From contig CAZJTF010000002.1 in assembly GCA_964548565.1 (NCBI GenBank), positions 3,573 to 67,572 of the forward strand: a DNA stretch of 64,000 nucleotides. Reading direction: 5' to 3'. Of this stretch, positions 1 through 8,975 are shown in pieces. Each line of letters opens with the position of its first letter. The stretch's first letter is position 1. The notes beneath the pieces were generated by a model. It was not told the origin of the DNA. It saw only the letters and a list, made by a program, of their open reading frames with translations, and ran no database searches. The position numbers were made by a program, and so were the translations under genes. This DNA comes from an uncultured Planctomycetales bacterium (GTDB taxonomy: Bacteria; Planctomycetota; Phycisphaerae; UBA1845; PWPN01).

Positions 1-680
1 GTCCCCGAGTCGAGGCCCTTTTCCAGAACGCGCTTCGAGATCGTGTCTGGGTTTTCGAGCACGGCCTTGTAGTTCTCGGCCGAGCCGATGCTCGTGACGA
101 TGCCCTCGCCGACGCGGGCGATGATCGTCTCCTCGGTGGCACCGCCGACGAGCCGCTCGATGTTCGTCCGCACCGTCACGCGGGCCTTCGCCCGGAGCTG
201 AATGCCGTCCTTGGCGACGGCGTCGATGCTCGACTTGCCGCTCGCGTGGCTCGGGCAGTCGATCACCTTCGGGTTCACCGACGTGTGCACGGCGTCGAGC
301 ACGTCACGACCGGCCAGGTCGATCGCGCAGGCGGTCTTGTAGCCGAGGTTGATGCGGGCGCGGTCCGCGGCAATGAGCGCGGAGATCACGTTCTGCACGC
401 GCCCGCCCGCCAGGTAGTGCGTCTCCAGGTCGTTCGTCGAGATGTCGAGCCCCGACTTCACCGCGCGAATCTTGCTCAGCACAATGGAACGCGAGTCGAC
501 CTTCCGAAGGCGCATCCCGATGAGATCGGCGAACGACACGTCCGCCTTGCTCATGAACGCCTGCAGCCACAGCCCGAAGAACTGGGCAATGACCACGACG
601 AACGTGATGACAATAACGAGCAGGACGAGTGGAATGATGATTTCCCAGGGGATGCCCTGTGCCAGCAGGTTCATCAGCAT
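1..680 (-). CDS. floA: Flotillin-like protein FloA (UPF0365/YqfA family); 3' end runs off the window
   Basis: Absent from the ORF track because it is open at the window edge. Reverse translation from the ATG at 680 gives [62 protein letters not shown]...[26 protein letters not shown]...[22 protein letters not shown]...[34 protein letters not shown]. This is collinear with B. subtilis FloA as I remember it. It follows two NfeD genes, as in the yqeZ-yqfA operon. Confidence 0.85.
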   Translation of the reverse strand, partial: MLMNLLAQGIPWEIIIPLVLLVIVITFVVVIAQFFGLWLQAFMSKADVSFADLIGMRLRKVDSRSIVLSKIRAVKSGLDISTNDLETHYLAGGRVQNVISALIAADRARINLGYKTACAIDLAGRDVLDAVHTSVNPKVIDCPSHASGKSSIDAVAKDGIQLRAKARVTVRTNIERLVGGATEETIIARVGEGIVTSIGSAENYKAVLENPDTISKRVLEKGLDSG

Positions 681-724
681 GGTCGTTCCTTTCTCGGTTC
701 ATCCGCCCCGCCGCACTGGCGGAG

Positions 725-1213
725 TCAGGCAGGTTCAGCAACAGGTCGTACAACCAGTGTGCGATCGCTCAGTCGAACGCCTTCAACCACCGCGTTCGCG
801 GGCAGCATTCCATATTCCGCACAGCATTCCACCCGCTGGCCGTCGAAAACGGCGGTCCCCACGGGACGCAGCGGCGTGACCGTCCGCCCCACCGCGCCGA
901 TCATCCGTTCAAGCTGCTCGACCGGCATGCGATCCGCCTCGGTCAGCACGGGATTCGGCGGCGAAATGCGCCTGCCCACTGGCGTGCGGTGCCAGTTCTT
1001 TATTGTGACGACGAGAATCGCCGGGACGAGCACCATCACCGCCAGCGTCGCTACGTAACCGACCGTCGTGTCGAGGCGGAACGTCATGAACAGCGCCATT
1101 CCCCAGAAGATCAGCGAGGTGATCGTGAGGATCCCGTGGGACGGCAGGAAAATGTCCCCCAGGAGCAGGATCAGCGCCAGGAGGTACAGCATGCTGATGC
1201 CGAGCCAGTCCAT
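725..1213 (-). CDS. NfeD-like membrane protein (TM helices plus C-terminal OB-fold)
   Basis: 162-aa ORF with three hydrophobic helices followed by the tail GAVGRTVTPLRPVGTAVFDGQRVECCAEYGMLPANAVVEGV, typical of the NfeD C-terminal domain. It lies between the NfeD protease gene and floA. Confidence 0.7.
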   Translation of the reverse strand: MDWLGISMLYLLALILLLGDIFLPSHGILTITSLIFWGMALFMTFRLDTTVGYVATLAVMVLVPAILVVTIKNWHRTPVGRRISPPNPVLTEADRMPVEQLERMIGAVGRTVTPLRPVGTAVFDGQRVECCAEYGMLPANAVVEGVRLSDRTLVVRPVAEPA

Positions 1214-1234
1214 ACGCGAGCCCCAGCCGGCGGG

Positions 1235-2944
1235 TCAGTCCACCCGCCTCACGACGACACGGTTTCCAGAGTGCTCGACCACTTCCACGCGGACGTTCTT
1301 GTCGATGTACTCGCCCTCACTGACGACGTCAACCATCATCGCGCCGAAACGGGCCTTGCCGGCAGGCCGCAGAGGCCCTTCGGTCCGCCCGATATCGCCG
1401 ACTCTCGCGAATCCCTCGTAAGGATCATCCATGGTGATCTGTTCGCGCGTCGGATTTGGTGCGACCAGCCGCCCCGCCACCGGTACCCGCGGCAGGTACC
1501 GCGCGAGCACCGCCGCGCCGATCACCGCGCCGAGCGAGCCCGACGCCAGCGCCCATAACCCGTTCTTCAGGTACGTGAACGACGACGGGAGTCGCGGCCA
1601 GTGCGGCCAGTGTCCAAAACCCGGCTCGGCCGGCACGAACGACGAGATCAACCCCACCCCGAGCAGGATCAGCCCGGTGACCCCCGCCACACCGAAGCCG
1701 GGCAGCACGAAAATCTCCACCGCGAGCAGCGCGACACCCAGCAGGATGACGACGATTTCCCACGTCACGGTGAATCCGGCGACGTACGGAGCTCCCAGGA
1801 ACAGCAGCAGCGACACGATCGCGACGGCCCCCGGCAGCCCCAGACCCGGATGCTGGAACTCGGCGTACGCACCCAGCAGGATCAGCAGGAACAGCACGCC
1901 GCGCACCACCGGCGACGCCAGCCAGGTCACCACCCACTCGACCCACGTGTTGTCCAGCCGCTCGACGGGGCCGGTGATGTTCAGCGACGAACTCAGGCTC
2001 GCCTCGTCCGGTATCTTGCCCTGCGCGAAGCCGTACGCGATGGCTTCGGCCGTCCGCATCGTGAGCAGTTCGCGATCCGTCATGATCGGCTGCGTCACGG
2101 TATTCAGCGGCGGCGCCGACTGGACGTATTTCCACGGGCCGCCGCTCAGCGAGTCCGGAACCGGTTCGCTCCGGACGATCGAGTCGCCCGCCGGCCGGCT
2201 CGCCGTCAGGCCGAAGAGCTCGTCCCGCGTGGAGGTGTCCACAAAGCGCCGCTCGCCGGTCTCCGTGTTCACCACCCAGAAGACCTGCATCTCGCGAACC
2301 AGCGCCATCATCATCGTCATGTCATAGCCGTTTCGCCGGGCGGAGTCGCGCAGCTCGGCCAGCAGCGGGCTCATCGCCTTTGCCTCGATGTCCTTGGCGA
2401 GCCCTTTCGCGCCCTCCGGTGTCATCACGATCGGTTTGCAGTCGCCGATCGTCGCGTTGCCTGTCATGTAGATGCCGTCGGTGGCGAGTGCGATGATCGT
2501 CCCGGCACTGTACGCCTGGCTGTTGATCCATGCGTACGTGCGGATCCCCCGGTCGCGGGCGGCCTTGATCGCGTGACAGATGTCCAGGGTGGGGCCAAGC
2601 GCGCCCCCGGGCGTGTCGAGTTCGAAGATCACCAGCGGGATGTGCTCCTCGCGGGCCCTGTCCAGGCGCCGCTCGATGCTGTCCTGCGTGATCTCCGTGA
2701 TTTCTCCCTGAACCGGAATAATAACCGCGCGGTCCGCGGCAGGACGGCTGGCCGTATCCGACGCGACGCCGATCCCCGCGCCCAGTAGCAGAACCCACGC
2801 CAGGAGCGGATAAAGCCCCGCGAAACCACGCGACCGTTGTGGAAGAGAGCCGTTGCGCACCGCGAACCTCTTTTCTGGCAAGACGTTGCTGCCAACGGAT
2901 GATAAGAACAATGGCATTCTAAATGGCGCGGGCTCCGGCCGCAA
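1235..2944 (-). CDS. NfeD-family membrane-bound ClpP-class serine protease
   Basis: 569-aa ORF. The N-terminal part is ClpP-like (VIIPVQGEITE, VIFELDTPGGALGPTLDICHAIKAAR, WINSQAYSAGTIIALATDGIYM). A central block has about 5 TM helices. The C-terminal part is an NfeD OB domain (GRTEGPLRPAGKARFGAMMVDVVSEGEYI). Confidence 0.8.
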   Translation of the reverse strand: MRPEPAPFRMPLFLSSVGSNVLPEKRFAVRNGSLPQRSRGFAGLYPLLAWVLLLGAGIGVASDTASRPAADRAVIIPVQGEITEITQDSIERRLDRAREEHIPLVIFELDTPGGALGPTLDICHAIKAARDRGIRTYAWINSQAYSAGTIIALATDGIYMTGNATIGDCKPIVMTPEGAKGLAKDIEAKAMSPLLAELRDSARRNGYDMTMMMALVREMQVFWVVNTETGERRFVDTSTRDELFGLTASRPAGDSIVRSEPVPDSLSGGPWKYVQSAPPLNTVTQPIMTDRELLTMRTAEAIAYGFAQGKIPDEASLSSSLNITGPVERLDNTWVEWVVTWLASPVVRGVLFLLILLGAYAEFQHPGLGLPGAVAIVSLLLFLGAPYVAGFTVTWEIVVILLGVALLAVEIFVLPGFGVAGVTGLILLGVGLISSFVPAEPGFGHWPHWPRLPSSFTYLKNGLWALASGSLGAVIGAAVLARYLPRVPVAGRLVAPNPTREQITMDDPYEGFARVGDIGRTEGPLRPAGKARFGAMMVDVVSEGEYIDKNVRVEVVEHSGNRVVVRRVD

Positions 2945-2974
2945 TTACACGGAACGGCGTTCTTTGTAACCGCA

Positions 2975-4108
2975 TCAGACCTGCGCAGCGGAAACTGGGA
3001 TGCGGCACGCTTCCCGATAGAGCCACGCCATCGACGTCACCATCGTCGAGGCCTGGTGGTGGGCACGGACGTGGTCGAGGGCGCCGTGCGCGAGTTCCCG
3101 GGCGCGTGACCGATCCTCCAGAAGCGCCCCCCACTGCCGCGTCAGGTCCGACGGATGCGCGGCGTCGAACAGGCACGCCGTCGTACCGTTGATGAGGTAA
3201 TCTTCGACCGTCCCTGCCGGGGCGATCACCGCCAACCCGCTGGCCATGGCCGCGAGCGTGTGGATCGTGAAGCGGTGCCGGCGCGTCGGCAGGATGAAGA
3301 AATCGGCGCTGCGCATGGCGTCCTGCAGCGTGGACCACTCCCGCATAGGCCCGGCGAAGGTCACGTTCGATCGCAACCCGAGTTCCTCCACCAGCCGGCG
3401 AAGCATGGGCTCCGCTGGCCCGCTCGAGAGCACGAACAGCTGCAGCTCCTGCCCGGCCCGGACGAGCGCGTGGAGCGAGTGAAACACGTTTTCCATCCCG
3501 CAGTCGCGGGTGAGCGGCACCGTCACCAGCACCGCCGGGATGCGCTCCGGGCGGGCAAGGCACGCCGGTTCGGTCTGCGCAGGAAGCCCATGCGGAACGA
3601 GGCGCACGGAGTCACGCAGGTCGGGGCAGCGATCCAGTACCGTCTGCTCCAGTCGCGGAGTAGTGGCAATCGCCAGGATTCGTCCCGCCAGCCTCATGTC
3701 ACAGAACTGCCGCACGTCCAGCGCATCGGAGAGGTGCACGATCAGCGAGCTGTCCCACTCCATCGCCCAGTTGTGCGCCCAGGCAGCCAGCTCGGGCGAG
3801 AAGCAGTGCACCACGTCCGGCGGCTCGAGGTCGCCCGCGTCGAGAACCTCATCGCCCCCCGGCACCCGCCAACGCCAGAAGGTGCGCGGCAGACGCACGA
3901 CCCGGCTCGGCCCCACCCAGTCACCCGCCAGGTCCCGCCCCGTACGCGAGAGAACGTGCATCCGAACCGGTTCGTCCATCATCCCGACGCACAGGTGGCG
4001 CAGCACGCTTCCCAGTCGCTCGAGAACATCCGTGTCGGCGACGGCGAGGACCTGGATGGATGCAGGCGTGTTGTCCACGATCTCTCTTTCCGGAAACCAA
4101 GCGGGCAA
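2975..4108 (-). CDS. GT-B glycosyltransferase (GT4-like)
   Basis: 377-aa ORF. The C-terminal nucleotide-sugar binding half reads VTFAGPMREWSTLQDAMRSADFFILPTRRHRFTIHTLAAMASGLAVIAPAGTVEDYLINGTTACLFD, the group-1 glycosyltransferase pattern. Confidence 0.7.
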   Translation of the reverse strand: MPAWFPEREIVDNTPASIQVLAVADTDVLERLGSVLRHLCVGMMDEPVRMHVLSRTGRDLAGDWVGPSRVVRLPRTFWRWRVPGGDEVLDAGDLEPPDVVHCFSPELAAWAHNWAMEWDSSLIVHLSDALDVRQFCDMRLAGRILAIATTPRLEQTVLDRCPDLRDSVRLVPHGLPAQTEPACLARPERIPAVLVTVPLTRDCGMENVFHSLHALVRAGQELQLFVLSSGPAEPMLRRLVEELGLRSNVTFAGPMREWSTLQDAMRSADFFILPTRRHRFTIHTLAAMASGLAVIAPAGTVEDYLINGTTACLFDAAHPSDLTRQWGALLEDRSRARELAHGALDHVRAHHQASTMVTSMAWLYREACRIPVSAAQV

Positions 4109-4248
4109 ACCGGACGTGCCATTGACTGATAGGGTCTACACCCCATTGTACCACCCGCTCGGCCGGTTCTTCCGGGGAAAAATCGCGAAAGCTCCGCCCG
4201 GGGCGTCCTGCTGCCCTGTTTATCGACGGAAGCGGCAGCCGCGAGAAG

Positions 4249-5064
4249 CTACGGCTCGATGAACTCCGGCCCATCCTGCTTGGCCGAGCGGGAACGCCCC
4301 GTGAGGAGCTTCAGAAGGGTGCGGCGGAGCAGCGTGAGCGGCCGGGAGAGCCGCCGGTGCAGCCGGATAGACCAGCCATGGCGATACGAGGCGGTAAACT
4401 CGTCCGCCGTGAGCGTATCCGGTCGATGGCGGCGCCGGTGCTTGAGCAGGTGGTACCGGTCGCCGTCCTGAAGCCTCCGAAGGATGAAATCACCGAGTTC
4501 CCGGGGAATCAGCCGCAGAAGCCCGTCTCGGCGCCCGCCCGGGCCCGGGTCCCACCGCCAGGAAATCTGGAAATCGATCAGGCTCGGCTGGCCATCGGCG
4601 TCTACGAGGATATTCTCCCGCTTCTCGAGATCGACGTACGCGATTCCTCGGTTGTGCAGCGCTTCAATGATGGCAGCCAACCGCGGGAAGAATGCGTCGT
4701 CCACCCACTCGTTGCGTTGGAGCGGATGACCTTCCACGAACGCGTGGGCAAAACCCGTCTCGCCCCACCGCCCCAGGCACTGCGGTACGCCCGGCAGATC
4801 CTGCACGGCTTCGTAGATCCGCCACTCGTGGTTCGCCAGGTACTTCCCCATCCAGCTCAGCGGGACCCCGAACAGCGGCGCCTGACGGCCGATCTTGAGG
4901 ATCACCCGCCCGGTCGGCCCTTCATACAGGCCCGTGGCTGCAAAGAAGTCGTGCTTGTACGTCCGGCGGTGCGCGTAATCGTGCCCGTTGAGGCGGATGC
5001 GCGACGGCATCTCCTCCCTTCCCAGGGCACGGAGCCACGAAAATCGGGGCGGCTTTTCGTTCAT
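4249..5064 (-). CDS. Protein-kinase-fold protein (Kdo/WaaP/RIO-like)
   Basis: The kinase catalytic loop and metal loop are visible: IAYVDLEKRENILVDADGQPSLIDFQIS (D-x-x-K-x-x-N then IDF). The track ORF extends to 5280 but would overlap the upstream peptidase gene. I prefer the start at MNEKPPRFSW (5064). Confidence 0.6.
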   Translation of the reverse strand: MNEKPPRFSWLRALGREEMPSRIRLNGHDYAHRRTYKHDFFAATGLYEGPTGRVILKIGRQAPLFGVPLSWMGKYLANHEWRIYEAVQDLPGVPQCLGRWGETGFAHAFVEGHPLQRNEWVDDAFFPRLAAIIEALHNRGIAYVDLEKRENILVDADGQPSLIDFQISWRWDPGPGGRRDGLLRLIPRELGDFILRRLQDGDRYHLLKHRRRHRPDTLTADEFTASYRHGWSIRLHRRLSRPLTLLRRTLLKLLTGRSRSAKQDGPEFIEP

Positions 5065-5176
5065 GCCGCGATGAAGGTACAGGAGCGTGCAGGGAAAATC
5101 ATCTGCGTGCGAAAGCTGCAGCGCGGGCGAAAGTCGCTCGGACGGATGAGGCGCGGCCGGCGTGCTGCGTAGATGA

Positions 5177-6724
5177 CTACTCGCCGGCGACCGGCACGAC
5201 CTGCGGCACTTCAACTGGATTGCCGTCCCCCTTCGCGGAGGCCCGCCGAATGACGGCCACCGCTCCCGGCTGGGCGGCATCTCCCTCGCCCCGCGCCGCC
5301 AGCAGCGTCGGAGACGGTGCGAACTCGGTCGCGATATCCCACGTAAGGCAGTAGTCCCACGCGCGATCGCCGGTCACCTCGATCACGTACCGTCCAGCCG
5401 GAAGACTGCGGAGGTACACGTGCTCCACGTTGTCAACCGGCGAGACGCTCGCGTCGATCGGAGCTCCCGTCGTAAAGCCGTTGGCACGGCAGAGCCGAAG
5501 AGTGAGGTTGGCCATGGACGGATTGAGGCGCAGCGGGTCACCGTCCGTGATCGTCATCCTGCGATGCCAGGTGAGCAGAAAGGACGCGGAGCTCCCCCGG
5601 CGGTTCTCAGGGATCTCGAAGTAGTAGCGCTGCGGCGCCGAAGCCTCCGCCCGCCCGTAATCCCAGCCGGTCACCGGCACATCGTCCTCGCCCGGTTCGT
5701 GCTCGCCGGCGACCAGGATGCGGTAGCTGTTGTCAACGTCGAGCTGTCCGGCACCGTAGCGATAATCCAGCGGAACGGTGCCATCGGTGCAGGGCGTCTC
5801 GAACCCGCGATGCCAGTCGGTCCACGCTTGCTTCGTCGCGCCGCCCATCAGCAGTGCCTTGGCAAGCATCGCACGCGCCGCCGGACGCTCCGCGGCTCGG
5901 ACACCCGCGAGGTGCCGTCCGTCCTCGATGCCCTCGATCAGGATGGACGCACAGGCGGCGACGACCGGCGTCGCCCAGCTCGTCGCGCTCAGCGGCGCAA
6001 CCAGGTCCGGCTTGATCCGCTCCCCGTCCAGTCGAGTCGGCCCGAAACTGGACTCGCCACTCGTCAGCCCAACCGCGATGATGTTGTAAGCGCTGCACAT
6101 CAGCTTGGGCATCGCGGTGCCCGTGCCATTCTTCACGCCGGCGGTGACAACCGCACCGTCACGCTGCACGACGTAGTCAATCCGTCGCAGCACGTCGAGG
6201 TCCACGGAGTCGACGCCGAACGACCCGATCCAGCTGTGATTCTGGACCGTCCGGACTTCGTGGAGCGGCTCGAGCGAGCTGTTGATGTTGAGGAAGCCCC
6301 CCTCGGCCCAGTCGTTCGCGTCGTACGAGGCGATCTGCCGCACGCCCGGGGTCACGCTGCTCGCCACCCCGCAGTAGTACTGGGCGACCGTGGTGGCGTG
6401 GTTCGACACGCCGCTCACACCGCTCAGGCGACTGATGGCCTTCCCGGCAAACTGCGGATCGCTCACGTCGGGCATGTAATCCCGGCTGGAATTCACGGCC
6501 ATCTCGACCTGCGAAATCGTGACGGTGCTGCCTGTCGGAAGTCGTCCGCCGAGCCGCTGCTGCAGACGCGTGTAGCCGATCTCCGCCCGCCAGTCGGCCC
6601 GGGTCGTGCCCGCCAGCGCAACGATGGCGATCAGCGAAACCGCAATCCGGGTGGTCTCGATACGGCGGGAGAGGCGTTGGCGCCGGGGGAAAGGACAGAC
6701 GCTGCTGAGGAAGTAAACACTCAA
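5177..6724 (-). CDS. Secreted subtilase-like (S8) peptidase homolog
   Basis: 515 aa with a signal/anchor segment (IAVSLIAIVALAGTTRA). S8-like motifs appear in D-H-N-S order: VTISQVEMAV (Asp position reads Glu), SNHATTVAQ (His), VQNHSWIGSF (Asn), SATSWATPVVAACASIL (Ser). A C-terminal beta-rich domain follows. Confidence 0.6.
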   Translation of the reverse strand: MSVYFLSSVCPFPRRQRLSRRIETTRIAVSLIAIVALAGTTRADWRAEIGYTRLQQRLGGRLPTGSTVTISQVEMAVNSSRDYMPDVSDPQFAGKAISRLSGVSGVSNHATTVAQYYCGVASSVTPGVRQIASYDANDWAEGGFLNINSSLEPLHEVRTVQNHSWIGSFGVDSVDLDVLRRIDYVVQRDGAVVTAGVKNGTGTAMPKLMCSAYNIIAVGLTSGESSFGPTRLDGERIKPDLVAPLSATSWATPVVAACASILIEGIEDGRHLAGVRAAERPAARAMLAKALLMGGATKQAWTDWHRGFETPCTDGTVPLDYRYGAGQLDVDNSYRILVAGEHEPGEDDVPVTGWDYGRAEASAPQRYYFEIPENRRGSSASFLLTWHRRMTITDGDPLRLNPSMANLTLRLCRANGFTTGAPIDASVSPVDNVEHVYLRSLPAGRYVIEVTGDRAWDYCLTWDIATEFAPSPTLLAARGEGDAAQPGAVAVIRRASAKGDGNPVEVPQVVPVAGE

Positions 6725-6989
6725 CTTTCCAGCATCCTACTGGAGGTAGCCCCACAGGTGTCTTACCTGGGTGCGCATCTGCGCAACGATCAGGGCGGCC
6801 GCAGTGACCCCCTGGCCCCGATCGTATTCATCGGATTTTAATCAACGCGGCTACGGCGTCAAAGGGGAATCTGCCCGAAGTGCCGATGGCAGCAGGAGAA
6901 CCGTCAATCCGCCGGATGGCATGTCCTGGCGGCTCGGCCCCCCGGAGGGGTGGCGGCGCCCCCCCTTTCTGTCGACGAGTCAGGCGACT

Positions 6990-7307
6990 TCAGCGTCGAT
7001 CCAGCAGCTTGCCCAGCAGGATCCCGAAGCCGAAGGCCACAAGCAGGCTCGTGACCGGGCGCTGCTCAATCTGCTCGTGGACGTTTTCGACCGTCTGGCG
7101 GCTCTTCTTTCCGGCAACACTGAACGCGTCCCGAAGATCACCGGCCCACTTCTCCGCATTCTCCGAGAGACGCTCGCGCAGGTTCGTGGCGCCGCTGCGC
7201 CCGCTGGAGATCAGTGACTCCAGAATATCCGCAACGCTGTTCCGCAGCTTGCCGAGGTCATCGCGGAGATCCTGGACCTCATCCGACAGTTCGAATCGTC
7301 GCGCCAT
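6990..7307 (-). CDS. DUF883 / ElaB-YqjD family tail-anchored protein
   Basis: 105 aa. A coiled N-terminal part (DLRDDLGKLRNSVADILESL...) is followed by a C-terminal TM anchor EQRPVTSLLVAFGFGILLGKLL, characteristic of the ElaB/YqjD/YgaM family. Confidence 0.7.
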   Translation of the reverse strand: MARRFELSDEVQDLRDDLGKLRNSVADILESLISSGRSGATNLRERLSENAEKWAGDLRDAFSVAGKKSRQTVENVHEQIEQRPVTSLLVAFGFGILLGKLLDRR

Positions 7308-7467
7308 GTGAAAAACCTCCGATCAGCTTGGTTAACGTAGATCATATGAGGCACTTGGCGTTTTTCTATCGGGCCTCGGAATTCACTGCTGCCTCCTCAT
7401 TGGAGGACGATGGCGAGGCGGCCCCGCCCCGCGTCGGGCACGAGAAGTTTCGCCGCCGAGCTGCGAC

Positions 7468-7497
7468 TTGGCCTCGGCAAAGCACGCGGTCTATACT
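7468..7497 (+). promoter_or_regulatory. Candidate sigma70-type promoter for the CsrA-REC gene
   Basis: TTGGCC (7468-7473), an 18-nt spacer, then TATACT (7492-7497), about 60 nt upstream of the ATG at 7556. Confidence 0.3.
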
Positions 7498-7555
7498 GTT
7501 GATGTGTCACTCCTCGTCTGTGCCGTTGTCCAAACGGGTTTCAAGGTGGTAAAAA

Positions 7556-8155
7556 ATGCTCGTGATTTCCCGATGCCTGAACAGCGCGGTGCGGATCGGC
7601 GAAAACGTCACCATCAAAGTGCTGCGGATTGGACAAAAACGCGTGACCCTCGGCGTGGATGCACCGCCCGAGGTCACGGTGCGACGCGACGAGGTGGTGG
7701 ACGCGGTACGCCCCTCAAACGGCAGTGCGGAACTGCCCGGCCTCGACCTTCGCGTACTCGTGGTTGAGGATACGCCGGTGCACGCCCTCCTGATCGAGCG
7801 CGTCCTGAGCCGGCGCGGCGTCAAGAACATCGTTCGCACCTCCTGCGGCGAGGATGCCATTCGTCTTCTCACCCTCGCGCGGGAGAGCAAGGCCCTCAAG
7901 CCCGACCTGATCCTGTTGGACCTGCAGCTCCCCGGCGTCTCCGGCCTCCAGGTGCTCGAAACGGTCAAATCGCACCCGGCCCTGCGATCCATCCCGGTCG
8001 TCGTGCTGAGCTGCTCGGATTCCGATGAGGAAGTCGCGCGGTGCATGGCCGCCGGCGCCAACGCCTTCGTGTCCAAATCGGAAAGTTACGACAACCTGAG
8101 GCAGGCAATCCTTCGTATCACTGATTTCTGGAGCCAGGTGCGAAAGGTCGGCTGA
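7556..8155 (+). CDS. CsrA-like RNA-binding domain fused to a CheY-like receiver domain
   Basis: The N-terminus MLVISRCLNSAVRIGENVTIKVLRIGQKRVTLGVDAPPEVTVRRDEV aligns residue-for-residue with E. coli CsrA [47 protein letters not shown]. The remainder is a complete receiver: LRVLVVEDT, phospho-acceptor context DLILLDLQLPG, VVVLSCS, AFVSKS. SD-like AAGGTGG lies 8 nt upstream. Confidence 0.8.
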   Translation: MLVISRCLNSAVRIGENVTIKVLRIGQKRVTLGVDAPPEVTVRRDEVVDAVRPSNGSAELPGLDLRVLVVEDTPVHALLIERVLSRRGVKNIVRTSCGEDAIRLLTLARESKALKPDLILLDLQLPGVSGLQVLETVKSHPALRSIPVVVLSCSDSDEEVARCMAAGANAFVSKSESYDNLRQAILRITDFWSQVRKVG

Positions 8156-8193
8156 ATGCCCCTGCTGAATTCGGAAGGCAAGGCCGATTTGCC

Positions 8194-8222
8194 TTGACAT
8201 TCCGATCGCTTTCCTTTAATTA
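8194..8222 (+). promoter_or_regulatory. Candidate promoter for the GGA-rich leader and CBM48 gene
   Basis: A perfect -35 TTGACA (8194-8199) is followed by an AT-rich -10 region, TTTAAT (8215-8220) or TAATTA (8217-8222), giving a spacer of 15-17 nt. This is an isolated AT-rich patch in GC-rich DNA. Confidence 0.35.
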
Positions 8223-8380
8223 GAACGTGCTGCATTACGCGGCGCCAACTCGCACGAAGCGAACCTCGATCGCAATCTTCCGCCGCATGGCGCACGAGAC
8301 CGCCTCGGCCGGATGAGTGATAAAAACAATCTCAACGCAGGTGACGTGGCCGACAGCCACGCGAGAGGTGATTCCTTACG

Positions 8381-8577
8381 GGAGCGGGAAAGAGGCCCGG
8401 ACGGACCGGGTCCGCAGACCGAGCGGCAGGCTGTCGACCGCGGAGCACCCAGTCGAGGAGGAGGGGCGTGTACGGACGCAGGGGAACGGAGTCCGTGTGG
8501 TGAACACACGGAAGGCGGCATCCAGAGGACCAGCAGGGATGACAGCCATCACGGAGGTGCAGGATGGTCGCACGGGA
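8381..8577 (+). promoter_or_regulatory. GGA-dense 5' leader (candidate CsrA-binding RNA) ending on the SD and start codon of the CBM48 gene
   Basis: I count 17 GGA trinucleotides on the + strand in 197 nt, versus 3 TCC. Many sit in ACGGA or CACGGA contexts. AGCAGGGAUGA (8533-8543) and GCAGGAUGG (8558-8566) resemble the CsrA SELEX core ARGGAUG, and the latter includes the ATG at 8564. GGAGG at 8553-8557 is the SD. There is an 8-bp hairpin TCCGTGTG/CACACGGA at 8492-8512. Confidence 0.55.
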
Positions 8578-8866
8578 TCTTGAAGGCGAAGTCGAATTCC
8601 GGCTCCATAACCCTTCCGCACGACAGGTCTACCTCGTCGGAGACTTCAACGGATGGCAGGAGTGCAGCCTGCCCATGACGCGTCAGCAGAGCGGCGAATG
8701 GGTCTGCCGCCTCCACCTCCCCGAGGGCGTCTACCAGTACAAGTACCTCGTCGACGGAGAGTGGTGCCTCGACAGTGACCCGGTCGGCATCGGCTGGGCC
8801 CCCTTCGGGTGCAACTCGGTCATGGTGATGCACACCGGTGACGTGCCGGCGTTTCCCGTCGGTTGA
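8564..8866 (+). CDS. Stand-alone CBM48 / AMPK-beta-type glycogen-binding domain protein
   Basis: The 100-aa product EVEFRLHNPSARQVYLVGDFNGWQECSLPMTRQQSGEWVCRLHLPEGVYQYKYLVDGEWCLDSDP matches the AMPK beta GBD pattern (VYLSGSFNNW...LPEGEHQYKFFVDGQW..DP). Confidence 0.8.
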   Translation: MVARDLEGEVEFRLHNPSARQVYLVGDFNGWQECSLPMTRQQSGEWVCRLHLPEGVYQYKYLVDGEWCLDSDPVGIGWAPFGCNSVMVMHTGDVPAFPVG

Positions 8867-8975
8867 ACTTGACACCGGCCGCCGCGTTCGGTTTCCTTGT
8901 CCCACGGACGCGTCGCGCGGATCGGCCGAGGGCCGCGACACGCCCGGTCGATGCCTGAGTCACAGGGATTCAGCC

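Noticed and set aside
8313-8678. 121-aa ORF (and 8317-8583, 8376-8621) covering the GGA-rich region
   Set aside because: It overlaps the clearly real CBM48 ORF in another frame. Its product is Gly/Arg/Asp-rich with no motif, and its codon pattern simply follows the GGA repeats. I interpret the region as non-coding leader RNA.
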